DNA from: Candidatus Woesearchaeota archaeon
GTDB lineage: Archaea > Nanobdellota > Nanobdellia > Pacearchaeales > GW2011-AR1
NCBI GenBank assembly: GCA_964514585.1
Contig: CAZETU010000005.1
Coordinates: 1 to 64,000 of the forward strand
Reading direction: 5' to 3'
DNA length: 64,000 nt
In this document: piece by piece, positions 48,824-58,000 of the stretch
Numbering within the stretch: the stretch's first letter is position 1
Layout of the letters: each line of letters opens with the position of its first letter
Notes under the pieces: model-generated
The model's database searches: none
What the model saw: only the letters and a program-made list of their open reading frames with translations
Told to the model about the DNA's origin: nothing
Translations under genes and position numbers: made by a program

Positions 48824-49657
48824 TTATTTTTTCTTTCCAACGGCTTTCTTTATTTTGTTAAAGACGCTAATTTTCTTCTTAGCAACAATTTTCTTAACAA
48901 CTTTCTTCTTAGCCAAAATTTTCTTAACAACTTTCTTCTTAGCCAAAATTTTCTTAACAACCTTCTTCTTCACAGGAGCTTTCTTCTTGACAATTTTCTT
49001 AACAACCTTTTTCTTTGGAGCAAGTTTTGCCCTTGCTGCTGCCCTTGCTGCTTTGAGTATAGCCTTCTTCTCAATCTCTTCCTTAGCAAGTTTCTTATCG
49101 GCTCTAGCCCTCTTTTTAGATTCTTTATCTCTAATATTCACAAGCTCACCTTGAATCAATTCCAAATTCTTCTCAGTTCTCGTAATCTTAGCCTTAGTAT
49201 CTCGAATGGCTCCACTATTATCAGACAACTCATAAACCTCAGCGCATTCCTCACAAGTAAACCCATGTTCAAGACCCTTCTCCTCGCTAACCTCAATCCC
49301 ACAAGGTTTACAAATATAAAATCTCTTCGTCTCCCGACTATTCAGCGTCGCATTAAAATCCCCAATCTTACGAATCAAAGATTGCTCCAATACAACCAAG
49401 CATTTCTCAATCTTCAACGTCCAATAATAAATATACCAGCCCTTCCTTTTATCTTTCTTCCTAATAAAAGAAACAAGCCCGTCGGCAGAAAGCTTATATA
49501 AAATATTTCGAACCTGATTTATCGTCAACTCCATTTTCTTTGCTATCAAAAACTCATTAACATCTTTCTTTCCAAAAAGAATCTCAACTATACGGCCGGT
49601 CCCAACACCTGCCAATTCCTCGACGAGATCATGTAGAAGTTTAACTTGCATGTACAA
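48824..49657 (-). CDS. tfe: Transcription factor E (alpha) with a long Lys-rich C-terminal tail
   Basis: wHTH INQVRNILYKL..GWYIYYW, CKPC..CEEC zinc ribbon. Confidence 0.88.
   Translation of the reverse strand: MYMQVKLLHDLVEELAGVGTGRIVEILFGKKDVNEFLIAKKMELTINQVRNILYKLSADGLVSFIRKKDKRKGWYIYYWTLKIEKCLVVLEQSLIRKIGDFNATLNSRETKRFYICKPCGIEVSEEKGLEHGFTCEECAEVYELSDNSGAIRDTKAKITRTEKNLELIQGELVNIRDKESKKRARADKKLAKEEIEKKAILKAARAAARAKLAPKKKVVKKIVKKKAPVKKKVVKKILAKKKVVKKILAKKKVVKKIVAKKKISVFNKIKKAVGKKK
48871..48970. repeat. 30-bp tandem repeat (about 3.3 copies) in the TFE tail
   Basis: CTTTCTTCTTAGCCAAAATTTTCTTAACAA units encoding KKVVKKILAK. Confidence 0.9.
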
Positions 49658-49775
49658 TGATAATAATTTCCGTTTAAATACTTTCTCATTTTACCAAAGA
49701 CAAAGTAATCTAAAGAACTGTTACTATTACAAAATTACCATAAACCTATAAAAAAGAAATCACCTAAACAATATC

Positions 49776-50441
49776 ATGGGGTTATTTAAAAAAGACGAAG
49801 AGGTTCCAGAACTACCGAAGCTTCCCTCCTTGCCAGAACTACCAAATAAAGAACTTTCAGAGAAAAAAGAACTCCCAGAACTTCCTTCTTTCCCAGCAAC
49901 TCAAAACAACGAAAACATCAATCAAGAAATGGTCAAATCAGCCGTTACCGACGCTCCTTCAAAATTAAGCATGGAAGCACCTTCTGGGGAAGAAGAGGTG
50001 AAAACTCCAGAAGGACTTCAAATAAAAGAGGACCCATCATTATCCCCACTTCCTTCACCTGCCCCAGGACTTCCCTCAATTCAATCAATTCAATCAACAA
50101 AAGAACCAGCAAAAATGCAATCTCCAATGTCTCTCCCAGAACCACCAAGACCCCAAGAAAAGAAATCTCTAGAACTACATGCTTCAATATCAGACAAATC
50201 AATCAATACTCCAGCAACAAAACAATCAGAGCCAATCTTTGTCAGAATAGATAAATTTCAAGCAGCTCAAAAGAACTTCGAACAAATCAGAGACAAAGTA
50301 AAAGAAATAGAATCAGTTTTGAAAAAAATCAAAGATGTAAAATCTCAAGAAGAGACTGAAATAAAAGGCTGGACCGAAGACGTCGAAAAAATCAAAGCAC
50401 GACTATCAGAAATAGACACAGGCATCTTCGACCAAATTTAA
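49776..50441 (+). CDS. Pro-rich low-complexity protein with C-terminal coiled coil
   Basis: ELPxLP repeats; PIFVRIDKF followed by heptads. Confidence 0.7.
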   Translation: MGLFKKDEEVPELPKLPSLPELPNKELSEKKELPELPSFPATQNNENINQEMVKSAVTDAPSKLSMEAPSGEEEVKTPEGLQIKEDPSLSPLPSPAPGLPSIQSIQSTKEPAKMQSPMSLPEPPRPQEKKSLELHASISDKSINTPATKQSEPIFVRIDKFQAAQKNFEQIRDKVKEIESVLKKIKDVKSQEETEIKGWTEDVEKIKARLSEIDTGIFDQI

Positions 50442-50445
50442 TTTT

Positions 50446-50808
50446 ATGGCATCAAAAGAAGAACTCTACATTTCAATCAGTCCAAAAGAATACAGGGCAA
50501 ACAAACTAAGCATTCTAGGTTGCCAAATCGACCTTCTTCAAACCCTAAAAAGACTTCACAACTTAAGCGTCCTCGCAAGACAAAAACACGACCTAAAAAT
50601 CAGACTCCAAAAATTACTATCATCAACAATGTTAGAAATCGACTCCGCTCAAAGCAAAATGCCAACACCCCAAGTCCCAAAAACGATAATAAAAAAACCA
50701 GAAGAACCAAAGATCGTCAAAGAAACAAAAAGAGACTTATCTATACAAAGTAACATAGACGAAGAATTAAGATCAATCCAAGAAAAGCTTCAAACACTAA
50801 ATGGCTAA
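50446..50808 (+). CDS. Hypothetical coiled-coil protein
   Basis: Operon-like spacing between 49776 ORF and alaS. Confidence 0.65.
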   Translation: MASKEELYISISPKEYRANKLSILGCQIDLLQTLKRLHNLSVLARQKHDLKIRLQKLLSSTMLEIDSAQSKMPTPQVPKTIIKKPEEPKIVKETKRDLSIQSNIDEELRSIQEKLQTLNG

Positions 50809-50838
50809 ATTTAAAAGTCGACCTTCCTAAATTATTCT

Positions 50839-52593
50839 ATGAACAGAAAAGAACTAATCAAGAAATATATTGAATTCTTCAAGTCGAAAGACCACGCCGA
50901 AATTAAAAACTCAAGCCTAATCCCAGAAAACGATCCAACGGTTTTATTCACAACCGCAGGAATGCAACCATTAGTGCCAAATCTATTAGGCGAATCCCAC
51001 CCTCAGGGGAAAAGATTAGCAAACGTCCAACGATGCATTAGAACCGTAGACATAGAAGAAGTAGGTGACACATGCCACCATACCCTTTTCGAAATGCTCG
51101 GAAACTGGTCTCTAGGCGATTATTTCAAAAAAGAAGCAATCCAAATGACATTTGAATTTGTAACAAAAGTTCTAAAATTACCAATTGAAAGATTAGCAGT
51201 ATCAGTTTTCAAAGGAAACGAGAATGCCCCAAAAGATGAAGAATCCGCAGAGGCTTGGAGGTCATCAGGGTTCCCTCAGGAAAGAATTGCATTTTTAGAA
51301 GCAAAAGAAAATTTCTGGGGGCCCGCAGGAGAAACAGGACCATGCGGACCAAATACCGAAATATTTTATTGGAAGCTAAATGATGTTCCAGCACCAAAAG
51401 AATATGATTACACCGACGAAAACTGGGTAGAAATCGGAAACGATGTCATTATGGAATACGAAAAAGACAAAAAAGGAAATTACAAACTTCTTAACCAAAA
51501 AAATATTGACTTCGGCGGCGGCGTAGAAAGAACAGTCGCAATTCTTAACGGCCTCGAAGATAACTATCTAGCAGACATGTGGCAACCAGTAATAAAAGAA
51601 ATAGAAAAAATCTCAAATAAAAAATATGAAGATAATAAAAAAGAAATGCGAATCATAGCAGACCACATCAAGGCAGCAACTTTCATAATCGCCGATGGGG
51701 CAGTCCCGGGCAATGCAGAACAAGGCTATGTCCTAAGAAGACTAATTAGAAGAGCAATCAGAAACCTAAGAAAAATAGACATCCCAATTTTAGAAATGGA
51801 TGCAACAGTTGAAATCGCAAAAATAATAATCGACATCTACGACGATTACGAAATATTACAAAACAACAAAGAAAAAATATTATCAGAGCTAAAAGCCGAA
51901 GAAGACAAATTTCAAAAAACTCTCGACAAAGGATTAAGAGAATTCGAAAAAATGAGCTCAGACGACAAAATCGACGCAAAAGAATCATTCCTACTTTACC
52001 AATCATACGGCTTCCCAATCGAAATGATAAAAGAGCTAGCAAAAGAAAAAGGAATCAAAGTCGACGAAAAAGGTTTCAACAAAGAATTCAACAAACACCA
52101 AGAACTTTCACGTACAGCCTCAGCAGGAAAATTCAAATCCGGTCTAGCAGATAATTCCGACGCAACAAAAAAACTACACACAGCTTGCCACCTCCTTAAC
52201 GAAGCCCTCAGGGTTGTTCTAAAAAACAAAGAGATTTTCCAGAAAGGTTCCAATATCACACCAGAAAGATTACGTTTCGATTTTAACTTCGATAGAAAAT
52301 TAACAGACGAAGAAAAACAGGCAATCGAAGATTTAGTAAATAAAAAAATTCAAGAAAACATACCAGTAGAATTACAAGAACTAACGTTAGACGAAGCAAA
52401 GCAACAAGGAGCCCAAGGTGTATTCGACTCAAAATACGGAGACAAAGTAAAGGTCTACTCTGTTGGAGATTTTAGCAAAGAAATTTGCGCAGGCCCCCAC
52501 GCCGAAAACACTTCAGAATTAGGAACCTTCAAAATCAAAAAAGAACAATCAAGCTCTTCGGGCGTTAGAAGAATCAAAGCAGTACTTGAATAA
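50839..52593 (+). CDS. alaS: Alanine--tRNA ligase (short form lacking the C-Ala domain)
   Basis: LFTTAGMQP, FEMLGNWSLGDYFK, GPCGP, DHIKA, editing HTACH..EICAGPH, ends GVRRIKAV. Confidence 0.95.
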   Translation: MNRKELIKKYIEFFKSKDHAEIKNSSLIPENDPTVLFTTAGMQPLVPNLLGESHPQGKRLANVQRCIRTVDIEEVGDTCHHTLFEMLGNWSLGDYFKKEAIQMTFEFVTKVLKLPIERLAVSVFKGNENAPKDEESAEAWRSSGFPQERIAFLEAKENFWGPAGETGPCGPNTEIFYWKLNDVPAPKEYDYTDENWVEIGNDVIMEYEKDKKGNYKLLNQKNIDFGGGVERTVAILNGLEDNYLADMWQPVIKEIEKISNKKYEDNKKEMRIIADHIKAATFIIADGAVPGNAEQGYVLRRLIRRAIRNLRKIDIPILEMDATVEIAKIIIDIYDDYEILQNNKEKILSELKAEEDKFQKTLDKGLREFEKMSSDDKIDAKESFLLYQSYGFPIEMIKELAKEKGIKVDEKGFNKEFNKHQELSRTASAGKFKSGLADNSDATKKLHTACHLLNEALRVVLKNKEIFQKGSNITPERLRFDFNFDRKLTDEEKQAIEDLVNKKIQENIPVELQELTLDEAKQQGAQGVFDSKYGDKVKVYSVGDFSKEICAGPHAENTSELGTFKIKKEQSSSSGVRRIKAVLE

Positions 52594-53061
52594 CTATATA
52601 CCTGAAAGAGATATGCCTAAAGACCTTAAACTTTCTCCCGAATCTTTTATAAGTTTATCAATCTTAGCCCCAGAAGCTGTCGCAATATATCCCAAAGCCA
52701 CAGAAGGAAAAAGTTCCGAAGCAGTATTATCCCAATTGTATATCCCAATTAATTCTGGAGTTTTGTCGACTAAAATAGAATATTCTCTCCATTCAGGAAT
52801 ATCGCGTGCGCCACTACTCCATTCATTGCCATGAATCCTTTCATCCTCAACCATAGCCGAAAGAGAAGCCTCAATTGCTTTATATATTTTTGTTCCAATA
52901 TCATCTCCCCTCAGCGCAAGAAGAATCTGATCCTCATTTCCATTATTAAATCCGTGAAGATTATCGACAGTTACATCAGAAGCATTAAATGCAGGTCTAA
53001 TATAATGTTCAAAAGAGGGAACTCTCCAATACCGTCTCCCAAGGATAATCGCCGAACCCAT
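52594..53061 (-). CDS. Hypothetical protein
   Basis: 155-aa AT-rich ORF. Confidence 0.5.
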   Translation of the reverse strand: MGSAIILGRRYWRVPSFEHYIRPAFNASDVTVDNLHGFNNGNEDQILLALRGDDIGTKIYKAIEASLSAMVEDERIHGNEWSSGARDIPEWREYSILVDKTPELIGIYNWDNTASELFPSVALGYIATASGAKIDKLIKDSGESLRSLGISLSGI

Positions 53062-53100
53062 AAATTCTCAACCAAAAGACCCTTTATAATAATTTATATT

Positions 53101-54147
53101 CTAGAAAGGAATATCATCTTCAGGTTGCAAAGGCAACAAATCGTGCGGCCCAAATTCCTCTTCACCCCTAGCTAACCATTTCGTCAATCGATCCAATCTT
53201 TCAATTTCCTCTCTCGACAAATGACTAGTATCAACGACAACACTCTCTTCTCCAAGCAAGCTCATTCCAACAGTTTTCTCTATTCCGTCCAACATCCCAA
53301 CGCACTCCTGCCTCTCCGCATCAACTCCCTCAACAATCTCTCTCCGCTCCCCAACAACTTTCCTCATCTGATTATTAAACACATCATGAACATCATCCTC
53401 ACACAAAGCATATATCGAATTCCCATTGGGCCCATCCAACGTAACACGCTTCAAATCATCAACCTTCTCAAATCTTCGCCTCATCAACTCAACCCTCTCC
53501 TGTCCATCCTTCGTCGTCAATGTCATATCGCCCTGATGAATCGCCAAAATATCCCTAGCGTAAAGATTCTGATGCGAATGCCCAGTACTCTTCCTATCAT
53601 AATAATTCATCGGAGTTCCATCATTAATATCGTCTTCTATCATATTAAGCAACCTCTTCTCAATCTCCCCAATATCCTCCCTCGTTCTCATGTGCCGACT
53701 TATAGCAAAAGCATGAAAAGCATAATCATGAGGAACAAAAAACATATCATTATATCTAAGTCTTATCGTAGAGAACCTACTCTTGATATGCTCAGACTTA
53801 ACACCATTCGGTTTGCACACAACCCCATAATACAACCTAGAATTCCGCTCCTCCTCCATTATACCAGAAAACAAATCGTCCCCATCCGGCTCATGCCCAA
53901 AAAGCGCAACATGCTCTTCAACACTTCTAACCCCACACTGAAGCTGATAATCAACCATCACCCCCTTATCTTTTCCAGCCTTCAATTCAATCGTAACACG
54001 CGGATCGTAAAGCCCCCTAATCGTCACAAAATCAGGTCGCTTACTCCCAGGCTGATGGTACATCATAAGCAATCTAGACATATAATGCTCAGCATCATTT
54101 CCAAAGTCACCAGTCTTATCATGCCGACCCTTCTTTTTGCCCATCAA
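53101..54147 (-). CDS. Hypothetical protein with a putative PD-(D/E)XK nuclease motif
   Basis: G..AEH..RPDFV..TIELKAG near the N-terminus; ends EDDIPF. Confidence 0.5.
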   Translation of the reverse strand: MMGKKKGRHDKTGDFGNDAEHYMSRLLMMYHQPGSKRPDFVTIRGLYDPRVTIELKAGKDKGVMVDYQLQCGVRSVEEHVALFGHEPDGDDLFSGIMEEERNSRLYYGVVCKPNGVKSEHIKSRFSTIRLRYNDMFFVPHDYAFHAFAISRHMRTREDIGEIEKRLLNMIEDDINDGTPMNYYDRKSTGHSHQNLYARDILAIHQGDMTLTTKDGQERVELMRRRFEKVDDLKRVTLDGPNGNSIYALCEDDVHDVFNNQMRKVVGERREIVEGVDAERQECVGMLDGIEKTVGMSLLGEESVVVDTSHLSREEIERLDRLTKWLARGEEEFGPHDLLPLQPEDDIPF

Positions 54148-54199
54148 AAAATCGCGTAAACATCATTATAAACAATATCTATCCTAGAAACTATATATT

Positions 54200-54607
54200 C
54201 TACTTCTTAATCTTCTTCTCCAACTTCCCTAACCTACTCAAAATCTCCTCAATCCCCTTCTCCGACTTTCGATTAACCTGATAATCATACTCAACCTTCA
54301 ACCTATCCTTTTGACTCTGCCTATTCTGACTCATCAAAATTACAGGCGCCTGAATCGCAGCCAAACACGACAAAAACAAATTCAAAAGAATAAACGGATA
54401 AGGATCCACCAAACTCCCCTGAAGATATTTCAACAAAAACAGCCCATTAGTCGCCATCCATATACCCAAGAAAACAAAAAATATTATAATAAAAGTCCAA
54501 CTCCCAGCCCATTTCGAAATAAAATCAGCCGCCTTCTGCCCAAAAGTCTGAGGATGAATCAAATTCTGAAAAATACCATTTATCTTCCCAACCTTCACCT
54601 TTTTCAT
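54200..54607 (-). CDS. DUF1003-family membrane protein
   Basis: GSWTFI, DPYPFILLNLFLSCLAAIQAPVILMSQNRQ. Confidence 0.9.
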   Translation of the reverse strand: MKKVKVGKINGIFQNLIHPQTFGQKAADFISKWAGSWTFIIIFFVFLGIWMATNGLFLLKYLQGSLVDPYPFILLNLFLSCLAAIQAPVILMSQNRQSQKDRLKVEYDYQVNRKSEKGIEEILSRLGKLEKKIKK

Positions 54608-54719
54608 AGCCTAATAATCCAGAATGACTTTATATATTTAGTCATCAACGCCAACAAAGTAATTACTATAAAATTACAGCAATAACAAACTTTATAACTC
54701 TCTTTTTAGGATTAATAGT

Positions 54720-55088
54720 ATGGAAATACCACATCAATATAAATTTGGATTTTGCAAGGATCCTAAAGAAATTATTCCAGTAGGAGAAAGAACTTATGGG
54801 GAACACGTTAACGGAACAATAGCTTTCGGAAATATAATGGGAATTTTTAAAGGATCACATAAATCTTCAGATGGATTAGTAGTTTTACATTTTAGTGCAA
54901 CAGCCATATGCGAAGACCCAAGAAAAGTGCCAGAGATATCAGAGAATTATTTCTCTCACACAGTGCTAGAACCGATAAATATAACACAAATCCCAGAAGG
55001 TCTACATAAATATGTGGCAAGACTAAAGGCAAATAAGGGACTTGACACTTTGCAAGACGAACCCCAACCAAAAATAATTCTACTCTAA
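54720..55088 (+). CDS. Hypothetical protein
   Basis: 122-aa AT-rich ORF with an upstream TATA-like TTTATAA. Confidence 0.5.
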   Translation: MEIPHQYKFGFCKDPKEIIPVGERTYGEHVNGTIAFGNIMGIFKGSHKSSDGLVVLHFSATAICEDPRKVPEISENYFSHTVLEPINITQIPEGLHKYVARLKANKGLDTLQDEPQPKIILL

Positions 55089-58000
55089 TCACTCCAACCA
55101 AACAGATGGCTTCCCCGGCTTAGCTTTCTTAGCCCGATTCTCCGGATCACGTTTCCCAGCATCATTAACCGCGTAAACCTCAACTTCCTTCCCAACACCT
55201 TTCGAAATCTTCTTCTCATCAATCTTCCCAATCTCAAACGGCATCACATAAATACAAACTTTCTCAACATCACCCTCAGTCTTATCCAAAATCCCCTTCA
55301 CATTCTCAATAACCTTTCCATTAAAATCTCCAGCCTCACCTTTTTTCAAAATCTTTTTCTCATCAACCTTAGGCCAACTCGACTTGGAAATAAAACCCTT
55401 ATTCCCAATCTTCTCCCAAAGCTCCTCGGCAATATGCGGACAAATCGGACTAAGCAATTGCAAGAATTTTTCATAAGTTTCTTTTGAAACTATTTTTTCA
55501 GCTTCAATTAAACCAAATAAAGCTCGAATGAGAATAGTTGCCTTACGATATTCAAAATTGTCATAATAACCCGTGACCATTTTTACCACATTATTTATTC
55601 TAATTTCCAATCCTTTTGAGTCTTTTCCAAAAGTTATCTTATCAGAAAATTCAAAAATTTTCTTCACAAATCTACTAGACCCATTAATCCCCTTCTCACT
55701 CCAATCAATATTCTTATCAGGACTAGCCAAACTCGACAAGAAAAACCGCGCCGTATCAATCCCATACTTAGAAGAAACCTCCTCAGGCAAAACCCCATTC
55801 CCCTTAGACTTACTCATCTTCTCCCCGTCCTCACCATGCAACATTCCCTGATGAAACAACCGAACCGCCGGCTCATCAAAATCAATCAACCCAAGGTCCC
55901 TCAAAAACTTCACATAAAACCGCGAATAAATCAAATGCATACAAGCATGCTCAGCCCCGCCAACATAAGTATCAACCGGACACCAATACTTCACCTTCTT
56001 CGGATCAAAAATAGCCTTATCATTCCCAGGATCACAATACCTCAAAAAATACCAAGAAGAATTAACAAAAGTATCCATAGTATCAGATTCTCGCCGACCT
56101 TTACCCCCACACTTAGGGCATTTCACATTCAACCATTTCTCATTAGTCTCCAAGGGATTCCCATCCCCAAACTTAACATCCTTCGGTAATTCAATAGGCA
56201 AGTCTTTTTCAGCCACACCAACAACCCCACACTTCTCACAATAAATCACAGGAATCGGCGTCCCCCAATATCTCTGACGACTAACTCCCCAATCCCGAAG
56301 CTTAAAATTAACAACATCCCGACCAACCCCTTTCTTCTTCAACCACGAAGTAATCTTCTTCTTTGCCTCAACATTATCAACCCCATCAAACTCACCAGAA
56401 TTACAAAGCTTACCCCCGCCAACATAAGCCTCACTCTTTCCCAAATATTCCAACAGCCCAGCACAATTATCCTTATGTGTCATCTGTTCCAAAGCCTCAT
56501 CAGCCCCAAGCCAAATCGCATCATGCCTATTCTTTTCTTTCTCTTCAACCTCCACAGGCTTCTCATCTATCAACTCCAACAAAACCGGCTGATCCACCCG
56601 AGCCCTCCAAACCTTTTTATTATCAGCATAAAAATAAGACTCAACCTTCTCTCCCAAAGTCCTAACAAATTTCGTCTTATAACCAGTCTCTTCCAAGGCC
56701 TCCCTAACGGCAGCATCTTCAACCGACTCACCCTCGTCAACTCCACCAACAACAGGCGCAATCCAACCAAACTCCTTCCACTTCACCAACAAAAACTTAT
56801 CATCACTCTTCCGATGCACAACAACAGAAATCGTATCCCTATAAACAGCATCCTTATGCGCCTCCCCATAAACAGGACGAACAACCTGCCTAACCTCAAT
56901 CCCATACTTCTTAGCAAACTCAAAATCCCGAGCATCATGCGCAGGAACAGCCATCACCATCCCAGCCCCATAATCCGCAACAACAAAATTCCCAGCCCAA
57001 ACAGGAACTCGCCTACCATTAACAGGATTAACAGCATACGACCCAGTAAAAACCCCTTCCTTCTCTAAGTCACCAGCGTCCTTCTCGGAAACCGATTTCA
57101 ACTTCTTCAAAAACTTATCAACTTCTTCCCTTTGCCCCTTGGTAACCAACGAATCCAAATTAGCATGCTGCGCAGAAACAACCATAAATGTAACCCCAAA
57201 AATAGTATCAGGACGAGTCGTAAAAATCGGCCACTTATCCTTTTTGAAAAACTCTAAAACCTCCTCAAGCTTTTTGACTCCCTCACTATCACTCATATGC
57301 TTCTTGCCTTTCAGAATTTCAACATTTTCAAAATTCTCTTTAAAAAAATCAACAACCTCACCATTTATGTAAGGATCATCTGCTCCAAATATAAAATCAA
57401 TTTTTCTAGCATTATTTTTAACCTTATCAACATCTAAACCATGAGACTGATATTTTTTAAAAATCTCCAGCTCCTCTTTCGGCAAAGAATTCTTGAACTG
57501 AGAAAAATATTTATCACTAGGATTAAACCCAACAGGTGAAACTAAAACTAATTTATCAACATTATATTTTTCAGCAAGCTTCAACGCAAGATGTCCACCC
57601 ATACTATGCCCAACAATGGAAAAATTCTTCAACCCATTTTTTTTAATCTTCTTTTCAGCAAAGTTCATCCATTCATCAAAATCAGGAGAATTAGTATCAG
57701 GAAAATCAAAATCAAAAACCTCCTTCCCATCATTTTCCAACTTATCTTTTAACCAAGGAATAAATCCAGATTTAGAAGTGTCTTCCCATCCATGCAAAAT
57801 CAAAACTTGTTCCTTCACCCTATTGATTTCATTCAACAACTCAGGAAATTCATGAGTTCCCATAGAACCAAAAACAAAATGACCATGATTTTTCAAATCA
57901 ATAATTTTGCCCCCAATATCTTTTTCAAAAAGCTTAACACTCTTTTTCCCATCATCTTCTTCATTATCCGAAGTAAAAATAACAGCCTCATCAATATTTT

